From Craspedostauros australis (taxonomy: Eukaryota): 64,000 bases of DNA. How positions within the stretch are numbered: the first letter of the stretch is position 1; every line of letters begins with the position of its first letter. Made by a program: the position numbers and the translations under genes. The stretch spans positions 1 through 64,000 of the forward strand of contig JALAGF010006261.1 of assembly GCA_030167865.1 (NCBI GenBank), written 5' to 3'. The notes beneath the pieces were generated by a model. That model was given only the letters and a program-made list of their open reading frames with translations. It was not told the DNA's origin and searched no databases. This document shows positions 22,486-36,300 of the stretch, one piece after another.

Positions 22486-25400
22486 ATGAACAACTCAAAC
22501 GAGGCAACGTCGTCGGCAGCAGCTGCCACGGCATCGACGAGTGAAGATGCCATCAAGCCGTGGTCTATCGCCGTCAAGACAGTCGGGCAGACGTACGAGC
22601 ACATCAGAAATCACAACTCGTCTGGTGCCGCCGAACTGCAAGGCAACGGAGGAGAGGGGAACTTCTTCGTCTCCGTGTCGCCCGAGGACTCCATGGCGTC
22701 CCTGCATGATCAAATCGAGCACATCACCGGACTCAAGGCATCGCAACAGCGCCTCATCTACCGAGGACGTCTCATCGGAAGATCTGATCAGCTCAATGGG
22801 AAGGCCGGGAATTCGTCCTTGCATCCCCCAACCCCAACAGCCGCCACAACAAGCACATCGCCATTTGCATCGGCATCGACGTCGACATCTCCAGATGGTG
22901 CTCCCATTTCTCCTTCCTCTGCATCACCCACGACGCCACAACAAGTCGCATCCACGGCACCATCTGCCGGAATTGGTTCCCCCGAATTTGCATCGCCCGC
23001 GTTGAGACTCTGCGAACCCAAAATCAAGGAAATCGAAGGACTTTGCGATGGCCAAACCATCCATCTGGTCAAACGACGCGAGACGCCATCCAGCACTCCG
23101 GAGAGAAGCGGCAGTAACAACAATAACAACAACAACAACAATCTGCAGAACACACAGGTGGCAGATGGCATGAGCCCGCTCTTGGCAGCAACTCTCGGGT
23201 TCAATGGCTACTCATCCCTCACAGGCGGCGGAAACGGTGGTGGTACGACCGCTGGTAATCCATCGTCTGCATCTTCGACAACCGCTTCCGCATCCACCTC
23301 GGCAGGCAGACGCCGTTTGCGAACAATCCGGCGCCCGAGATACCGCCTCACAGAGGAAGACCTCGAACTCTCCGATCCTGGATCGATGGAGTCCGTGCGA
23401 CAGGGCCTCATGACGTTGCACACCATGCTACCTCACGCGCAGACCACAATCGCGTCAGACGCTGGCATCAACGAAGCATCCCCTGACAACGCACATTCGC
23501 ACACACATGCGCAATTATCATCTGCGACTGGCAGAGCACGAAGTGGAAGCACAGCCAGCGCTGGCACTAACGCCACAGCAAATACAGCAGCGACCGCAGT
23601 GAATGCATCCCTCCTGGACCCAGTTCGGGCCAACCGCCAGTGGTTCCTCGGTCAGTGGATTGACTGCCGCGACACAGTCAACCAGTGGCTGGAGGCAACC
23701 ATCGTGGAGATCGTAGATCCGGACGAGATCTTGCCACCGAGACGGCAACGCGAAGCACCCATCGCAGCGGAAGTGATGAATGAAGGACCTGCAGAGTATG
23801 CCAGTGCGAACATTTGTGGTAACGCCAAGGACGAAGAGAACGAGGAGGACGAGGAAAACAGTGAGAAGGATGCCACTGCCAATGGAGTTGATGCCGTTGC
23901 GGTTGTGTTTGCGGCTGAAGGGGCAGAAGAAGAGGCCAAGGTTGCCTGCAAACCTGCCAGCGCAAACATCAAGGTCGATGGGAACATCGAATACGACGAC
24001 ACCTTGGCAGACAAGCATCTGTCAGGGGAACCATCGGAGCCAGACGAGGCAGCCCAGGAGCAAAAGCAGAACAACGAAAGCGAGAGCGACTCAAATCCGG
24101 CCGAAGAGGAACCAGATGAACCGGTGCAGGGTGGTCACATCGCGGCACCCCTGCTGCGTCGCAACACCGATTTTGAGAACGACCCCGCTGTCAGCGAAAC
24201 GGATTTGGACGGTCGCTTGCGGCTTCTCCTCAAGCCGTGCTCCGAGGGCGACGAAGATGATGAAGGTGGGGCGTTGGCAGGATACCGTCGCCGCGACAAC
24301 AATGAGGGTGTGCAGCTCCTGCTGATCCACTACAATGGTTGGCCTCACAGATGGGATGAATGGATCCGCAGCGACTCGGAGCGCCTCCGCCCCTTCCGAA
24401 CTCGAACCCGCCATCCCGCCACAGTACGTCAATTCTGCATTTGCGAAGTGGAGTGGAGTGCACGTTGAGTTGCTGCCATTGATTTGGTCGCATTGCTTGT
24501 TTCTGTATGAGTACTCTGCGTACGTCCACGTGAAGAAGCAACAAAATCCTTTGTACACTATGATCGTATCTCACACGACTTCGTTCTACTCTACATTCCC
24601 GTCCACACAATATTCGATGATACTGTGGCCCAAACAATGCTTGCATTTGCGCTTCTGCCATACTCATGTGCACAAATGCACAATTGCACGTACAAACCCA
24701 TCCATTGTGATCTTTGGCACGTTCCACACATTGCGCAGTCTTCCACGTTGTCGCCAACACCACAATCTGTCTACCATGAGTCGCCGATGACGTACATCAC
24801 GGAGGGTGGTGAGATGACCGATCGTGCTGCGGTGTTGCCTGAACTTGCACGTGCACTGAACGCCGTCAACGCATTGCTCGGCCAAGCCATCGGCCCTGAC
24901 GCCGCAATCATGAACGCACCGATGGCATCGACAGTGCGAGCTGACCGCCTCCCATGGGTCGACCCTGCGCAGGCATCGTCTCAACGCCAGGCACAATCCA
25001 CAACACGCAACCCCGTTGCTGGCCATCGCACCAGCCGCAACAGCGCCAACCCACACGTCGGTCGCAACGCACGCAGTCAGTCCCTCGGCTCGTACCCAAC
25101 AATCGCAACAGACGACGAGGACAGCAGCGCCGACATGGCCTATCATCATTTCCCACGCGTGCGCACTCATCACCAGCGCCAGCAACGACGCAACCGCAGA
25201 CAGCTCGAATTGCTTGCCCCCATGCTTGATCGTCTGGGTCGCACTCTGGTGGATGTTGCACCACATGTGGCATCCTTGTCAACTGCTCTCCCGAGCCAAC
25301 GATATCCCATAGGACCAGTCTCCGCATCATCGTCAAGCAGCGAAGATGACATCGACAACGTTGACGGAGGAGATGACGATGCCAACGAAGAGAACAATGG

Positions 25401-26607
25401 AGGCAATGGTCGTGGCAACATCGAGGGCGGCCTGGAGAGTGGCAGCCACGCAGAAGGTGTTGCACGTGCGCAAAGCAATGGCAACAACAGCATAGCTGGT
25501 AATGCAGAAGATGATGACAGTGGCGAGGACGTCGACGATTTGCCAGATCTGATCACCACAAACGACCGCGCAGATCCGTCTTTGCTGAACTGGTCGAATC
25601 CCTACGGACAGGTGGATTTGGAATCGGCACTATCCGAACTGGCGCCGGCGCCCGCAACTCACCCGTTGCTGTCGGAGGGTGTAGATCCTGACCACGTCGA
25701 CTACGCCAGCGGCGTTGTCAACACCACTCGCGGCGAAGTTCGCTCCGGTCCCCGAACCCGTTCTCGTGACAGCGACGACGTGGCGAACTTGCTCGGCGCG
25801 TACCTCGCAGCCGCCAGCCTTAGTGGCATATCTCTAGACTCCGACAGCAACAATGGCGGAGACGGCGCAGCTGGTGGATTGCGCGGTCTGGCTCAGCTCC
25901 TCCGTAATCGCAACAGCACCTCCACAAGCAACGGTGGCATCGACATTCACATTCACGCAGTGGTGACGGCGCCTGGAATGAACTCAGGCGGCGGGACCAC
26001 CATGGCAGCTGCTGGTGACGGAGGTACCAGCGGCAACGGCGGTGGGGCAACGCCAGGTCTTGGCGGAGCCAGCACGGGAGGTGCTGCGGGCGGTATCAAC
26101 GGGAACGACGGAAATGCAGCAAACCAAAACGCCAACAGCATTGGCTTCATCCAAAGTCTCTTCTCGTCGGGCAGCAACCAACCTCGCGCAGCTGGTGAGC
26201 AGCCGCATGCTGGAAGCGAAGAGGAAGGTGGAGCGACCAGTGATGAGGACGACTACGATGATCTGTTCTCTGATCTGTACTCCGAAAATCCGGAACCAAT
26301 CAACCCCAACGCCAATCCACCACCTGAGCACAACGTCAGCACTGAGATTGCGCCAGCCGCCAGCACACCCGCACCAGCGGCGAGACCGGCCCAATCTGCT
26401 GCGACCGTCCAGCCCACCACCACCATCGCATCACCAACGAGCAGCGTGCGTCGGCGTTCCTCGACCGAGACGGTGTCGTGGAACCCTCGTCAGCGCCCAC
26501 GAACACGAGACAACGATAGAGAGAGCTCTGGCTCGGAAAACCGTGGCTGGGGGCGTCTGTTCCGACGCCGCAGCAACCGCAGCAATGGTGATGGCAGCAA
26601 CAGCTGA
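22486..26607 (+). CDS. Large BAG6-like protein: N-terminal ubiquitin-like domain, Tudor/MBT/chromo-barrel-like domain and long disordered regions; about 1268 aa, exons 22486-24423 and 24739-26607
   Basis: UBL: IAVKTV...VSPEDSMASLHDQIEHITGLKASQQRLIYRGRLI...DGQTIHLVKR. Barrel: GQWIDCRDTVNQWLEATIVEI...LLIHYNGWPHRWDEWIRSDSERL. BAG6-like segments LAPMLDRLGRTL and GIDIHIHA. GTACGT donor 24424 and GCGCAG acceptor 24738 (phase 0). Confidence 0.8.
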
Positions 26608-27238
26608 AGCTGAGCCTTCACCTTCCACCGAGAACTGCAACAGACTCGAGACGACAACATAGTATTTTCCGTTGACTCGCACGGGCACCTGCAGTTTCGC
26701 TCGGACAACAACGAGTACATGCGTGCAGTCTATTGTTTGTCAATCAAGAAGCCGTCCAAACTTTTGAGCTCTTCGATGAGAACCATTCCGTATTGCAGAA
26801 ATAGGATTTTGCAATCACAAAGAGTAACCGCAATGCCATGGCGTATCACACGTACCATGCCGTGCCATATCCGTAGCAACAGCGACAACAAGCTGGGTAA
26901 AGCCTTTCATAGATCACTAATACCATACCTCACAACTCCACGGCACTAATGAGTTGCATGCGGAGTATTTCGCTGGGGTGGTGGCTCATTGGAAAAGTAT
27001 GTACCTATGGTATTATCCAAGCAATAACATGTGAGATTCTGTACGAGGACGTACATAGATGCCACGTTTCTTCAATGTGATAGCATTATCCTTCGTGGAC
27101 GAGTGCTGTGTGCGAGTACTCATAGTCCGTTACCGATGCGGCGCGTACTCATAGTAGTTGTGCTACGCCCATTGCTTGCTGCTTCCATGTACTAGCATAC
27201 TTCTGCGACAGCAGCACAGAAGCGACGACGTGACATGA

Positions 27239-29205
27239 TCAAGCAAAGCCTGACAGCCATGGTAGGATCTTCATCGATTGATCCTGCAGGGCGTCCTTGA
27301 CGGTGTCCTGGGGGATGAGATTCTCGAGCAGCACTCTCTTCATGAATGCGGCGTTGAATCCTGCGAGGGCCCCGTAGGCTGCGTCCTTCCAGTACTTCTG
27401 CAGGACGTCGCGACTGGTATCTGGATTCATCCCACGGCGGATGATGATGTAGCTGAGCCCCCCGCACAGCGATGTGACCAATGACTCGTACACTGCCTTC
27501 CAAAGTTCGTCGGGTGTCGGAAATCCAAACAGGAAGATCTGCCGTGTTGCAGCTGACTGGCTGATCCATAGAATGACGGATGCGACGAGGCCAGCGAAGT
27601 CGCCATTGGATATGCATCCGAACAAGGCATCCTGATCAGCCGCGCAGTTCTGCACCTGGTTGAAGTGCCGTTGCAACGAGGAATGCCAATGAGGGGCCCT
27701 CGCTTGGATTTCTGCCGATATGGCGATTATGGAAAGGAAGAGGACGAAGTAGTTGGCGAGCATGAAGATGACCCGTCGTCGGCTGTGTTGGCGTGGAACG
27801 CGGCGTCGCTGCAACCGCAACAGCTCGGTGATTTCTCCAAGCCGCGCTTCGATGGCATGCTTGGAGTGCGCGGACTTGGATAGTGACGATTGCATAGCAG
27901 CGTCGTTATTCTCGTCGTGCATGTGCATCAGTCGATCTTGCTCATTTCGATTGGCATCAAGAGGCTTGTCAGCTTCTGAAGAATGCGCAGACGACTCTGA
28001 AGAAGATGCAAGACCATTAGAGGTCTCATCGTCATGATGCAGCTTGGACTGACTTTGCAGGTCCATGTTTCCAGCACCATCACTCCCATGATTGGTACTT
28101 GTTGGATGCGCCGCGTCCGCAACCATGCTGTTTTCTTCGAGCTTGGCCATCTCCGCGAGCTCGAGCCTAGCTCCCAACAGGGCGAGACGGTTGATGCTGA
28201 GATCCAGTCCTTCGAGTTCTGTCAATGACGGCGATAACAGACTGGGTGCGGCCGATGGTGAATGTGGAGGGCTCACTGGTGCGTACTTGTACACGTCCCT
28301 TGGAACCGCGTGTTCCTCATCGATGTGCTTGATTTGAAATCTCACCGTGAATGCCGATTCATTTGGAATGTGCGGACTGAGCACAACTTCTGCAATCACA
28401 AAGCAAGAGCAAGAAGAAGGTTCAAGTTGACAATGGCGATTGGTGTGAGAATCTCTGCAGAGCAATACGCAAGGTAGGTCCCAGCAACAGTGCAACGCGC
28501 ATAGACTGGCAGCAGCCGAGAGTGCGACAGACGATCCGACAGCATCGCACTGACGCAACGACGTAGTCATTACGTCTTGCAAGAGTCTGCAGGTCAAGAG
28601 TTTGCTTGACACCATGCCGTACCTTCTGGTGGAGCGGAGGAGCTGTCCAATATTCGAAGATCCATCAGCTTGGTTCTTGTCTGCTGCATTCCGAGTTTCC
28701 GCAGGATGCTGCTTCGGATGTGTTCCTCGAGTTCCGCTGAAGTTGTTCCAGGATACCACGAGATGGTGAGGTTTCCTTTGTCCTCGCCTCTGGATACTTT
28801 CGACGCAGCCTGGCTGAACGTCGGTGAAAAGGAGCGACTTCGCAGAGTTGGATATTTGTTGAAGGAGGCAAACAGAGGTGATCGTCTGGATGTACTTGTG
28901 GGAGCGGCGGGAGATGTGGAGTTGGTGGTGGCATCGATTTCCTCGACGAGTTTGAGATTCATCTTCTTCCTGCCATCGACGGTGGTGCCATGTATCAAGA
29001 TACTGGGTAGCGGTGCCTGCATGCGGATTGGCTGATGATGCTGACGGAAGTTCTCCGGCGACGTGAGATGATTGTAGCTTGCGCTGTGGCTTGCGCTTTG
29101 GAGACTGGTGAAAGTTGGCTGCCCATGCTGTTTGGATGGTGATTGGAATTGCTGCTGTGAAGTGTCAAGCCCAAAAGTCTGTGTCCCATCGTGCTGTGGC
29201 GGCAT
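27239..29205 (-). CDS. Hypothetical membrane protein (small globular N-domain, coiled/disordered middle, C-terminal TM helices); 577 aa, exons 29205-28623 and 28389-27239
   Basis: GTACGG donor at 28622 and TTGCAG acceptor at 28390 join the two ORFs in frame (..APPE|EVVLSPHIPN..). Hydrophobic helices VIFMLANYFVLFLSIIAISA, FAGLVASVILWI and SLVTSLCGGLSYIII. Confidence 0.75.
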
Positions 29206-29367
29206 GTTGGTGATAAGACGAGGTGAGATGGTGGTTTGTTCTGTCGTTTGCGAGGGTGGATTGGAATGGGTTGGTGTGCTTGATTTGCTTTGAGTTCCTG
29301 GTTCTTCTGTTTTGTGACCTGTTTGGCTGTATTATGGTATGAGTGTTTGATAGATTGGTCGAGTCGG

Positions 29368-29407
29368 TGATGGTGGCAACGATGGTGGCAACGATGGTGG
29401 CAACGAT
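29368..29407. repeat. 12-bp tandem repeat (GATGGTGGCAAC x3)
   Basis: tgatggtggcaac gatggtggcaac gatggtggcaac gat. Confidence 0.85.
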
Positions 29408-30056
29408 GACGACAACGATGATGTTCATGAAGACATTTGCAAGGATGTTTGTGGCTACGGTTGCGTGTTCCACTCCACTCGGCTGGGCTCAGATCGGCTC
29501 GATTGTTTGTGTTGCGCTCCTGCATGTGTTCGTGCTCGTACGTTTGTGACATCCACGAATCCATCACACAGACGTGTCTGCGGCAAATCAAAGCGAAAAA
29601 CGATGCCAAAAATTCGCCGCGTTCGCGAAATTTGTGGCTCTCGTCGACACGTGGTGAAATTTGACGCCACCGATTATCGTCCAAGAGAGAGAGAAGGAAA
29701 GCAGGACTGAAGGAGAATTGGTTCCACGAACACAGAATGGGGTGAGAGGTCTATCATATCCATTGAGGTGCACGTGGGACACAACATCCCAGTCGTTGCC
29801 GATGCAGGAGTTCCAGTCTTCAATTGCTGCTGCTATGCTCAGTTCTTCCACGTTGTAGAAGCGGAAGTGGAAATGCTTGGAATTGCACAGTCACAGATTG
29901 CACACTCATCACCTTTTTCCGATGTTGGCGATGTTCATCACGTTCGTCCCATTCATCTTGTACTTGTACTCATACGGGCAACTACTCGAAGATTCGTGGC
30001 CTACGAGGTCGTCTTGATGGAGACAGTCTTATTGCAGACAGTACCGAAAACGGGAC

Positions 30057-30082
30057 CGTGGGACGTGGGACGTGGGACGTGG
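30057..30082. repeat. 7-bp tandem repeat (CGTGGGA, about 3.7 copies) in the divergent intergenic region
   Basis: cgtggga cgtggga cgtggga cgtgg. Confidence 0.85.
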
Positions 30083-31074
30083 AACTACGAGCGTGTTGGG
30101 CAGCCACACGAGACCAATTACTTATCTAGACACGATAGATAGGCTTAGATACGAACACGGAAATTGAACCTCGTTGTTCGCTGGGTTTCGGCGAAATAGG
30201 CGAACCGACAAGTTTGACTGTATTGCGATTCATTCGACCACAATGTGCGACATTCGAGATTCTCCTCCCACCGAACTTTGTCGCCGACATCAGCAGCGAA
30301 GTCGTGAGGAGGAATGGTCACAGCGCTTGTGTTGTGGCGAAATGGCATCCCAGTTGTTCTCGGTGATAAAACGCCCCAAACGATGGAGGGAGATGCCCTT
30401 CCGGGTGGCGGCACAGCGCTTTGCGTTTGGGTCACCGCCGACTCCCTCTTGTGTCCGTTTCTCTTGTGGCGCTTTCGTTGTTTTGCTTTTCTCTGCTGCG
30501 GTCTTGGGCCGCCCACCAACCCATCTACCATACCGTATTCATCTTTGCATCCATCGACAAGCCTCGAATCTGGCCATCGCCATCGTTTGCTTGTGATCAA
30601 TTGAATGCAACAGGAAGAGCAACACAGAGCAAGAGCAACAATAGTCACCCAAAGAGCCGCAGCTACAGCCACAACGGGAACTGCTGCGAGTCGTGCGATA
30701 TAGTCGCGCCATCGTCCTGCAGAGCGAATTCATCACGAAGGGAGATTCGCAGAGAGCTTCGCCACCACCCACAGACGCTTGCATCTGTGTCCTTCCCGTC
30801 AGCGCAATCGAAGCTGCAGCCACAGTTGCAGTTGCATCCCCAGCGAGAGGCAGCGCTTGAGAGTACTTGGGGCGGCGAATTCGACAGCACAAGTTGAGCG
30901 TTACGCTGCGCTGCTCTACACTGCACTGCACTGCACTATACTGCACGAGTACTCGCGAGCACAAGCTCAACTCTATTCAATTGCACAATTGCGTGCAACT
31001 ATACCAGAGAGTATCCAAGAGCGCAACCGTAAACATACCAGCACAGTGCAGCACAGCACAGAACAACATTCCAA

Positions 31075-32160
31075 ATGACTTACCTGGACAACGATGACGA
31101 GAGGCTGTCACCGCACGGGATTGAATTCATCGTGGGCTTCTCCGTGCTCGCTGCTGGCTTCGTGATCATCGCCTTCTCATCCTTCATCATGGCATCCAAC
31201 GACCGGACCTTCTACGAATGGAACGCCATACGGCTAATCTTCCCCTGGGTCTCCTGCGTCCTGGCTGCCGAGTGCGCCACGCTGGCCTGGGACTCCGCCG
31301 AAGGCAACATCGTCAACGAGGCCTGGGCCATCGTGGTCTACATGGTGCAAGCCACGGTGGCACCCAGCCTCTTCCTCTCCACGTTCGTCAGCACCTACAT
31401 CGCGCACAGGACCAGATCCATTCCCTTCTGTCTGGTCTACAGAGGTTCCGGCAAGCCGGAGCAGGGCGACGAGGAACCCATCCAGCGCCTCGTGCGTCCG
31501 CCCACCATCATCGCACTCAACCGCCTCTTCGGCATCGCCCTCCTCATCCTCACATTCACCATCAACTTCGATGAGGTCTTCGACGACGATCTCGAGCTGC
31601 CGGGTCGATCGGGATGGTACACGGTCATTACGGAAAGCGATGGTGATGAGAGATTCGCAGTGTTTGTCAGCCTCATACCGATGACCTTGGTCAGCGTACT
31701 CTGCTTCTACTTCGCCATCCTGCTATGGAGGTACGGCACGGTCTTCTCCATGACGATATACCCCTCGATGATCAACCCGTGGCTATTTCCCGTCATCGGC
31801 GTCTCCTTTCTGTTGGCGGGACAATGCGTCGGATCCAGGTTATTTCCCATATTATCCAACGCCGGCATCTTCCTCTACGTTCTGTGCCTCTTCCGCATCC
31901 TCATCGAGATCCAGCGCGACGTCAAATCGGCACACGATCTCGGTCATTTCCTTGACGCCCTGGGCGATGAGGAGGCCGTGGGATCGGTCATCAACGACCG
32001 CAGTCACCTCGGCGAGTCGACTTCCCACATCAAGCCAGTCAAAGGCTCCAGACGCGCCGACAGGGCAGCGTCAGCCACGACCAAGTCCGTCACGAATGGT
32101 GGACGCGGCAGCATGGATTCCGCAGTCAATTCGTTGCCGTCGATACCCTCGATACAGTGA
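31075..32160 (+). CDS. Seven-transmembrane (GPCR-like topology) protein, intronless, 361 aa
   Basis: Seven hydrophobic segments counted by eye, a short N-terminus and a Ser/Thr-rich C-tail. Strong coding codon bias. No classical GPCR signature recognised. Confidence 0.8.
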   Translation: MTYLDNDDERLSPHGIEFIVGFSVLAAGFVIIAFSSFIMASNDRTFYEWNAIRLIFPWVSCVLAAECATLAWDSAEGNIVNEAWAIVVYMVQATVAPSLFLSTFVSTYIAHRTRSIPFCLVYRGSGKPEQGDEEPIQRLVRPPTIIALNRLFGIALLILTFTINFDEVFDDDLELPGRSGWYTVITESDGDERFAVFVSLIPMTLVSVLCFYFAILLWRYGTVFSMTIYPSMINPWLFPVIGVSFLLAGQCVGSRLFPILSNAGIFLYVLCLFRILIEIQRDVKSAHDLGHFLDALGDEEAVGSVINDRSHLGESTSHIKPVKGSRRADRAASATTKSVTNGGRGSMDSAVNSLPSIPSIQ

Positions 32161-33306
32161 TGCGAAACATGCAATGCAACGATACGAATGGATGGCAGGC
32201 AGTGCGTGGAAGCGCGCCGCGTCTTTCATTTATGTGCCCATGCAGGGGTGAATCGGATTCGTTCATTCTGGCTGATTCGCACGGTTCAGTTGCACGCTTG
32301 TTGGAGCCATGGCAGGTGCTGTGGTGGATGGATGTGAAGTACGAGGACGGAATGAATAAATGAGAGAGTAGGTCAAGGAACAGATCATATGGATGGCACA
32401 ATCCATGACCAGCAGCAAGCACAGCACAGCACAACCGGACGGCTTCGCTCAACACGGGCATGCGTCGTGGCTTGGCACAAAGCGATGGACAGTGCACGCC
32501 ATCGACGAACGAATTCCTGCATGTGCACGGCCAGGCGTTCGTACCGCATGTTGACGCGGGCAAGTTCTCCACTCTTCGCAAGCATGATGATGACGAGCCG
32601 CCAAACGAATGAACCAACCAACTGACCAACGATCAATAAACGAATGTGGATCCTCTGGACATGGCCCCAGATCTCCAAGTAGAGTCGTGTCGCAATTCAT
32701 AAACACCAATGAACATTGATCCATGGATGTGCACAAAGTACGAGCTACGATGCTCAGGTAATGAACCCGGAGCAACGCAACGCAATACAGTACCCCAACC
32801 TCTGAACATCGTGTTCACAAGCTCCTCGCCTATATCTCGCCAAGCCACCAGTGAGACAGACTGGGCCACCACGTGCACCACACCCAAAAGTAAAGCTATC
32901 ATCATGTTGAAAACTGCTCCAGACCAGAGCATGGTACTCCGATAGATACTTGTACTTCACGTCACTCCAACAGCACTATCACGCATCCCAATACAAGCTA
33001 GTCCGCATAATAATATGAAGCTACTGTTACATCTTGTAGGCCAAGGGTATCCGCCACCCCCAATGCCCCAGCATTCCAATCCAGTGCACGAACGTAGTCC
33101 TGATCAGCACCGAGCCATACGTAGAATAGGCCACCATACGGTGAAGTATGGCACTCTGCCATACACAATACCGTCTCTCCATGGACCTCCACGCATCCTC
33201 GTCCCTTCCCCATTGGCACCATCGACACCATTGCGCAGTGCCATATCCCCTGAAACTGCGTCCACGCTCCACTATCGCAATCGTCGGTACGTGCTCTCCA
33301 CGAGCC

Positions 33307-36300
33307 TCACAATTCATCAAAGCTCGGTTTGGCCGACATCTTCTTGTTCTTCATCTTCTTTTCCTCCTGGTAGCGCGTCTTGTAGTCCTCAATCGCCTTC
33401 TTCCCGGTCAACGCGAACCTCTTTCGATTCTGAAGCGCATAGTTCAGGTACTCCTGGCTGTGAGCTCCAAAGACACCGCACTCGTCGAGCTTGCGAGCCA
33501 GCGGGATGACGTAGTTGTCGAAAAACCAGATCTCGCTCTTGAACCAACCCAACGAAGGCTCCGTATTGGAACGATCCAGCTCGTACGCCCTGCTCATCTC
33601 CTGGAACAGCCTGTAATTCCATTTCATGTAAATATCGAAGTGCTGCATGCAGTGGCTGACATCCGAAGCCTGGATGAGATGCTCGATGACGATGGTTGCC
33701 TTCAGGTTGATTCCATCGATCTCAGACAATGGGCTGTCTCGGACACGTTCTTGAACACTGCCGGTGACGGGAAGTGGGGCGCCTTCCTCGAAGCCGTCGG
33801 AGAATGCCTTGGCCCAGCGACGTTCGCGGATGGCCTTCATGTCCTTGTCGAAGATGTCTGTGGCTAAGACGATATTCACCATCATCTGTCGGAACCGCAC
33901 CAGCTCTTTCTGGTTGCAGTAAATCGCGCTGCGAAGGTGGCTGTAGCGCTCATCCATCAGGAGGTCCCACGCGATGTCGACAGAATTCTGCTCGGCAACA
34001 GATTTGTTGTTGTACACGCGTGCCAGCGTGGTCTTCTCGGCCACCAGCTGAAAGTTGGACACGCCAGGGTGGTCGACGTCATGGATCAGAGCGCAGAACA
34101 CGAGCGTGAACTGTGTCAAAGGATCGGTCGCAAGGCCGTGACTGTATGTGTGCAGATCTTCCTTCGTGAGCTCCTTGTCGGATGCATGATCGTTGTCAGA
34201 CATGACGATCCGCTTCAGCAGCTTGCTGGTGGACTGTGTGACGTGCGACGCATGCTCGAAGTTGTGGAATGAGTTCGGCTGGTACATGGACGCGATGGTT
34301 GTGACGTAGTCCTTTAGCTCGGATTGGACCAGCTCGTTGAGCTCGATCGTTTCGGGGTCTGTCTTGAGGAGGCCAATCTTGCTTTCATCAAAGCCAGGGA
34401 GGCGGATGATCTCGGTCACTTCATTCAGAGCCGTCGATCCCTCCCGGAGTCGCAGCGAGGGGCTTTCTTTCGGCTTCAGGTTGACGCCAGTGTCGATGTG
34501 AACGGCTGCGATCTGCCTCAACAAGGACGATAGCACTTCGACGTTCCAGTTCACTAGCCGATTTTGACGCGATGACTGGATGGACAAATCAAATACACGC
34601 AGAGGGCATGGCTCGTCGACTTCCGAGTCGACGTCTTCGTCTTCGTGTGTGTCTCCTGAGGCCCTTGGGGCGATCCAGTAGGTCTACTCGTAATCAGATC
34701 ATGGGCACGGTGGACGTATGGTTGGCCCATCAAGAGAGCCGAAGGGGGATGCAAGCAGGGCGTACATGTGGTTGGGTAAGCGAAACAGGCTTTCAATCTG
34801 AGAACAGGGCAACGTCATCTTTCCAACAACCATCAAACTGTCTCCATGCACAACGCATGCAAAACGCATCAATCAAATCTCGGCCCCATGTCCATCCGTA
34901 GAATAATCTTTCAAGCACTCCGCGAAGCCCTGCGGAACATTCCATGATATACCATACTCGTGGTGGCGCACTCACCTGAATCTCCCCCTTGCCTTTCGCG
35001 CTGATGATGTCCTCGCGTTCGTTGACCCAGTGACTTTTGCCAGCCTCCACGAGCAACTTGGCAGTGGCGCCTGTGCAATGGATTCTGCCCACCTGTCCAT
35101 TCGATTCCATGCGCGCGGCCGTGTTCACAGTGTCGCCGAACAGTTGGAACCTGGTCTTTTCACCCTTCAGCACGCCGGCAGCCACGGGTCCGCTGTGGAG
35201 GCCGACTCGCATCCGGAGTTCACCCGTGTCAGGACCAAGCGACAGCTCCAGACTCTTGGTGACTTCGTTCATCTTCGTCAAACATTGCGAAGCAAACCGG
35301 GCCATGCGCAGTGCATGGTCAGGCTGTGCAACTGTGATTAAAGCGGTTGTTCGGACGGTTGGTCGCAAGCACCAGTAAGAACAGCAATCACATTGTGTAC
35401 CATACAACGAAGCAAAGGTGTACGAGGATGGAATTGAAGCTGTTTCGTGAGTGGAAGTGCGCACGTGCTTGGCAGAGCTATGGGAAAGGCAAGCGCAAGT
35501 ATATGCAGACAAAAGTCACATTGAATCCAATCCAATCCAATCCAATCCAATCTAGTCCAGCCCAATCAAATCAAATCAAGCTCACGAGTTCACGAAGCTT
35601 TGCATTTGTCATGAGATAGAATGGGAGTGGATGACACATGATACGAGTGCAGCGTACAGAGTACGGCTACTTACCGGGAAGCCCCGTGGCTGCAACGTAG
35701 CAATCTCCAATTGTCTGATGACCGTGTGAGGTGGAATACGTGAAAAAGAGAATTCAGTCAGAAGGAGTTTTCCCAGAGCATGTGAATGAGCGACACGATT
35801 CAGGTTGGATTCCAACAAAGCACACTCCCCCTCTAGAGAGAGCAGTACATGGATCCATTCAGGACTTCATGGAACCGCGCTGGAATCGCGTACACCGATC
35901 TGTTCCCAACTTACCTCCACCTTGAACACGAGGTATCGCTTTGCCAGACCATCGAAGTTGTGATAAAGCGTTTGGAGTAGAGTGAAGACCTGTTTGAAGA
36001 TGGCAATAAATTGTCACATGGCGGATCATTCCAGGCGAGTTGCCGCAAAGAAATGGAAGAATAACGCACAAGAGAGAGAGAGAGATGGACGGATTGTGAT
36101 TATTTGTGAGTAATACAGCGAGAGATGAAGCACTTACGAGATTGGGTATTTTTGATACCCAATTGCAGAACAGGATGGATAAAAGCACCTTCACGACAAA
36201 TCCAGCAGTAGAGAATACGAATACAGTCACATACACACTGAACATACCTGCTGAGGCTCACGCTCGCTACTCCAAGCGGTGAATCCGACAATATCTGCGA

